From Anaerolineales bacterium UBA6092 (lineage in GTDB: Bacteria; Chloroflexota; Anaerolineae; Anaerolineales; UBA4823): DNA of 64,000 bases. The first letter of the stretch is position 1, and each line of letters begins with the position of its first letter. The stretch covers positions 24,678-88,677 of the forward strand of contig DIXA01000046.1 of NCBI GenBank assembly GCA_002428565.1. The letters run 5' to 3'. This document shows, piece by piece, positions 60,637-64,000 of the stretch. The notes below the pieces were generated by a model. That model made no database searches. It was not told where the DNA came from and saw only the letters and a program-made list of their open reading frames with translations. The position numbers and the translations under genes were made by a program.

Positions 60637-62526
60637 ATGGATCCGAAAAACCTGCCGAAGGTTCTTTATATTGAAGACACCCCAGATGCACGCGCCCTGG
60701 TAAGTCGGGTGCTTGGGCAGGATTTTATTGTCTTAGAGGCCGCTGACCCCCTCAGCGGCATCGAGCTGGCCATTGAGACCGAGCCAGACCTGATCCTGCT
60801 GGATATCAACCTGCCCCATCTCAGCGGTCGCGAGGTGGCTGCCCGCCTCAAGCGTCTGCTGCCCGATGCCACCCTGGTGGCTTTCACCGCGGACGCATCC
60901 CCTGGGGCGCGCGATCGCGCCCTGGCGGCGGGCTGTGTTGGCTACCTCACCAAGCCGCTGGATGTAGACACCTTCTCCGAACAAATTTCCGAATTTCTCA
61001 TGGGCAAGCGTGAAGAACTGCATGACCGCGCCCGCCATGAAAGAGCCTTTCAGGATGAGCTGGTAGAACGCCTGGAAGGCAAAGTGCGCGAGCTCACCAA
61101 GACCTCTGAGCGCAACGCCTTCCTGAACGAGCAGAACCAGCACCTCATTGCCGCCTTGCAGCGCCGCCAGCACCTGCTGGAGGCCGCCGCCCGCGTGGGG
61201 CGCATCATCACCTCCATCCTGGACCTGGACGAGCTGCTGCGCGTCACCGTGGATGTGATCTGTGAGGAATACGACTTCGTTGATTTTGTGGGCGTGTTCC
61301 TGGCAGAGCCTTCTGGCGAGTGGGCTTCCCTGCGCGCTGGCAGCGGCCCGCATGGGCCGGCGATGCTGGCAGCCAATTACCGCCTGCCGATGGATGGCTT
61401 CTCCACCGTAAGCAAGGCCATTCTCGAACACAAAGCCCAGATTATCCTGGACGTGAGCCAGCATGAAGGCTATATCGCCAACCCCTTCCTAACCAAGACC
61501 AGCTCCGAAATGGCCCTGCCGCTGGTGGTCAAGAACCAGGGCCTGGGCGCGCTGGTGGTGCAGAACGAACAAACCAGCACCTTTCAAGACGATGACATCA
61601 CCGCCCTGCAAACCCTGGCAGACAACGTTGCCACCGCCATTGACAATGCCCTCCTGCTGCTGGACCTCAAGCGCGCCAACCAGGAGCTGCTGCGCAACAA
61701 AACCTACGAAGCCATCGCCACCACCACCGGCGAGACCATCCATTGGGTAGCCAACAAGGCCGCCCCCATCCCCGAAAGCGCCCGCCGGGTGCGCCAAGAC
61801 CTGGGCCGGCTGGTCTGCCTCTTCAACGCATTGCTGAAAGAGCCGCCCGAACAGCGCCCCAACCACCCGCTTTGGGCTGAGGCCCAGGAGATCTTCGCCA
61901 CCCTGGCGCGGGCTGGCCTGGCAGATGAGACGCCCACCACGCCCTTCCCCGGCAGCCTGGAATCGATCCTCGAAGACCTTGCCATCATTGAGCAAGGCGC
62001 CACCAATATCCTGGACGTGAAAGAAGACCTGATGGGCCCGGTGCGCCTGCAGCACCGCCAGAGCATCGAACTGACCGCCCTGCTCGACCAGACGATCTTC
62101 GAAATGGGCCTGCCCGCTGGCGTGATCGAAACCCGTTATGCCGCCAACCTGCCCGCCCTGGATGGCGATGTCAAGCAGTTGGGGCAGGTGTTCAACAACC
62201 TGATCAAAAATGCCTGGGAAGCGCTGGAGAAGACCCCCCAGCCAGCCATTCGCGTGATCGCCATGCCAGCCAAAGAGCCGGGCTTTGTGCAAATTGAAAT
62301 TCAAGATAATGGCCCCGGCATTCCTCCTGAGCTGCTGGATAAGATCTGGGTCTCCTTCTTCACCACCAAAGGCGACCGCGGCGGCACAGGGCTGGGGCTT
62401 TCGGCCTGCATGGCCATTATCAGCCAGCACAACGGCAAGATAAACGTGGAAAGCCAGGTGGGAGTTGGCACAACCTTCACCCTGCTGCTGCCCACACTGG
62501 ACGAAATCAGTACATCTCAGGCCTGA
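60637..62526 (+). CDS. Hybrid response regulator receiver - coiled coil - GAF - histidine-kinase-like protein
   Basis: Receiver domain: VLYIEDTPDARALV..LILLDINLPHLSG..TKP. The GAF domain starts near ILDLDELLRVTVDVICEEYDF. HATPase_c motifs: NNLIKNAWEA, DNGPGIP, GGTGLGLS. The putative phospho-acceptor region GETIHWVANKAAPI is non-canonical. TGcTAAAAT at 60605-60613 is upstream. Confidence 0.85.
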   Translation: MDPKNLPKVLYIEDTPDARALVSRVLGQDFIVLEAADPLSGIELAIETEPDLILLDINLPHLSGREVAARLKRLLPDATLVAFTADASPGARDRALAAGCVGYLTKPLDVDTFSEQISEFLMGKREELHDRARHERAFQDELVERLEGKVRELTKTSERNAFLNEQNQHLIAALQRRQHLLEAAARVGRIITSILDLDELLRVTVDVICEEYDFVDFVGVFLAEPSGEWASLRAGSGPHGPAMLAANYRLPMDGFSTVSKAILEHKAQIILDVSQHEGYIANPFLTKTSSEMALPLVVKNQGLGALVVQNEQTSTFQDDDITALQTLADNVATAIDNALLLLDLKRANQELLRNKTYEAIATTTGETIHWVANKAAPIPESARRVRQDLGRLVCLFNALLKEPPEQRPNHPLWAEAQEIFATLARAGLADETPTTPFPGSLESILEDLAIIEQGATNILDVKEDLMGPVRLQHRQSIELTALLDQTIFEMGLPAGVIETRYAANLPALDGDVKQLGQVFNNLIKNAWEALEKTPQPAIRVIAMPAKEPGFVQIEIQDNGPGIPPELLDKIWVSFFTTKGDRGGTGLGLSACMAIISQHNGKINVESQVGVGTTFTLLLPTLDEISTSQA

Positions 62527-62549
62527 CCTGAGAAGAGAATGGAGGATTT

Positions 62550-62957
62550 ATGATGCAGCCAAAGAAGATCCTGCTTGTGGACGATGAGCCCCTGATCTTG
62601 CGCAGCATGCAAAAGACGCTCCTGCGCGCCGGCTACACTGTCGGCATCGGCTCGAACTGCACCGAAGGCCTGGCGGTTTTTAAGGCCGCCCAGGAAAGCG
62701 AAACGCCTTTCGATATGGCCCTGGTGGATTTGAACATGCCAGGGTTCGACGGCGGCGAAGCCTCGGGCGCAGGCATGGACCTCATCAGCCACGTCATCGA
62801 AATCCGCCCCGACTTCCCCATCATCGTTTTGAGCGCGTACGATGAAGTATCCAAAGTGAAAGAGGCAGTCACCCGCGGCGCCCGCGGCTACTGCGTCAAA
62901 GGCCGCGAGAAAACCCTGCTCGACCAGATCAAACACATTTTCGAGGAGAATGCTTGA
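62550..62957 (+). CDS. Stand-alone CheY-like response regulator receiver
   Basis: 135 aa. Motifs: KILLVDDEPLILRSM, ALVDLNMPG, VLSAY, CVKG. Confidence 0.88.
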   Translation: MMQPKKILLVDDEPLILRSMQKTLLRAGYTVGIGSNCTEGLAVFKAAQESETPFDMALVDLNMPGFDGGEASGAGMDLISHVIEIRPDFPIIVLSAYDEVSKVKEAVTRGARGYCVKGREKTLLDQIKHIFEENA

Positions 62958-62958
62958 T

Positions 62959-64000
62959 ATGGACAATATGAAACATGCATCCCCAGAAAGGCATGTGGTG
63001 CTGCTCTCCAACGCTTCGCGCGTAGCCAAAGCCGTCACTTCCATCCTGGACCCCGACGAACTGCTGCGCTGGAGCGTGGATATCATCTGTGACGAGTTTG
63101 GCTTCTACTATGCCGGGGTTTTCCTGGTCGACGAAACCAATCAATGGGCCGTACTGCGCGCCGGGCGCGGCGAATCGGGCGCAGATATGGTTGCCCGCAA
63201 CCACAAACTGGCCGTGGGCGGCCACTCCATGGTCGGCATGGCTACCCGCCTGCGCCAGCCGCGCGTGGCCAAAGATGTGACCCAGGAAGTGGAATTTGCC
63301 AGCAACCCCTACCTGCCCGGTACCCACTCTGAGATTGCCCTGCCGCTGGTCGTTGCGGATGACTCCATCGGCGCCCTCACCGTGCAGAGCACCGAATACG
63401 ATGCCTTCACCCTGGAAGATGTCTCTACCCTGCAGAGTATGGCCGATATCCTGGCGATTGCCATCGCCAACTCGCGCCTGCATCGCCAAAACCTGGATCT
63501 GCTGCAAAAGACGGAGCGCCGGGCACGCCTGTTGACCGCCGCCAACGAGGTGGGCAAGCGCGTCTCCTCCATCCTGGACCTGGATCAGTTGTTGTCTCAA
63601 ACCGTGGATATTATTTGCGACACCTACGGGTACTACTATGCCGGGGTATTCCTCACCGACCCCACCGGGCAGTGGGCCATCTTGCGCGCCGGGCACGGCG
63701 AGGCCGGGGCAGCCATGCTGTCTCAGGGCCACCGCCTGGCTGTGGGCGGTCATTCCATGATCGGCCTGGCTACCAGCCTGTGCGAGGCCCGCATCGCCCT
63801 GGATGTTGGCGAGGAGCGCGTCCACTTCAAGAACCCCCTGCTCCCCCACACCCGCTCTGAGATGGCCCTGCCCCTGGTGATCAACAAAGAGGTGCTGGGC
63901 GCGGTGACCGTGCAAAGCACCGAGGAGCGCGCCTTCAGCGAAGACGATATCCTCACCCTGCAAACTATGGCCGACCACCTGGCTGTGGCGATCAACAATG
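62959..64000 (+). CDS. Multi-GAF-domain protein, 3' end beyond the window
   Basis: Absent from the ORF track because it has no stop in the window. My hand translation from ATG 62959 is stop-free to nt 64000. It gives two tandem GAF domains: ILDPDELLRWSVDIICDEFGFYYAGVFLVD..HSEIALPLVV..ALTVQS, then ILDLDQLLSQTVDIICDTYGYYYAGVFLTD..RSEMALPLVI..AVTVQS. Confidence 0.8.
   Translation, partial: MDNMKHASPERHVVLLSNASRVAKAVTSILDPDELLRWSVDIICDEFGFYYAGVFLVDETNQWAVLRAGRGESGADMVARNHKLAVGGHSMVGMATRLRQPRVAKDVTQEVEFASNPYLPGTHSEIALPLVVADDSIGALTVQSTEYDAFTLEDVSTLQSMADILAIAIANSRLHRQNLDLLQKTERRARLLTAANEVGKRVSSILDLDQLLSQTVDIICDTYGYYYAGVFLTDPTGQWAILRAGHGEAGAAMLSQGHRLAVGGHSMIGLATSLCEARIALDVGEERVHFKNPLLPHTRSEMALPLVINKEVLGAVTVQSTEERAFSEDDILTLQTMADHLAVAINN

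Noticed and set aside
62929-63978. 349-aa minus-strand ORF at the window end
   Set aside because: The opposite (plus) frame encodes two clean GAF domains and is open to the window edge. The minus-strand translation is low complexity.
59500-64000. Possible CRISPR array or other non-coding repeat, suggested by periodic sequence
   Set aside because: The periodicity comes from coding repeats: the coiled-coil and acidic tract, then tandem GAF domains at 528-nt spacing. There are no short identical direct repeats with unique spacers and no cas genes in the window.

Overview
GC-rich, densely coding bacterial chromosomal segment: about 50 protein genes and one tRNA. I saw no rRNA, CRISPR array, transposase, integrase or phage genes. 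All functional calls come from reading the supplied translations against remembered family motifs; no search was run. Gene content and organisation suggest a Chloroflexota/Anaerolineae-like organism, but that is only an impression.

Layout by coordinate:
- 1-7.9 kb: an AOR-family oxidoreductase (cut by the window edge), then glpK, a fused glpA-glpB and glpC.
- 8.2-13.5 kb: one 1762-aa secreted GH13 enzyme.
- 13.5-28.7 kb: GT1 and GT4 glycosyltransferases, MFS transporters, tRNA-Thr(CGU), udk, cyclophilin, an M20 peptidase, exonuclease-DinG, and an MBOAT with an SGNH-like partner.
- 28.7-37.2 kb: a long minus-strand string of tightly or translationally coupled genes. In transcription order: G5/beta-propeller lipoprotein, UDP-xylose synthase, GtrA, small hypothetical, thioesterase, ChlI-like AAA+, TPR, URO-D-like, rsmD, cNMP-binding histidine kinase.
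- 37.2-47.4 kb: scpB, a GH36 raffinose-synthase-like gene plus a GH13 alpha-glucosidase, a LON-domain protein, an M24 peptidase, hydrolases, an MFS transporter and a PAP2 phosphatase.
- 47.4-49.5 kb: an EF-G2-type paralog.
- 51.1-53.2 kb: a serine-palmitoyltransferase-like gene linked to a KDSR-like reductase.
- 54.6-64 kb: a four-gene envelope/ABC cluster followed by a response regulator-GAF-kinase, a CheY-like regulator and a multi-GAF protein that runs off the window.

Most interesting observations:
- The eukaryote-type sphingoid-base cassette (SPT-like plus KDSR-like).
- The uncharacterised envelope/ABC cluster with its adjacent signalling genes.
- The EF-G2 paralog with altered G1, G3 and G4 motifs.
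- A family of unusually long perfect hairpins at gene ends, including a 20-mer found at two sites 38 kb apart.
- The GlpA-GlpB fusion.

Two real genes are missing or truncated in the ORF track because they run off the window edges. Many long antisense ORFs in the track are GC-driven shadows.
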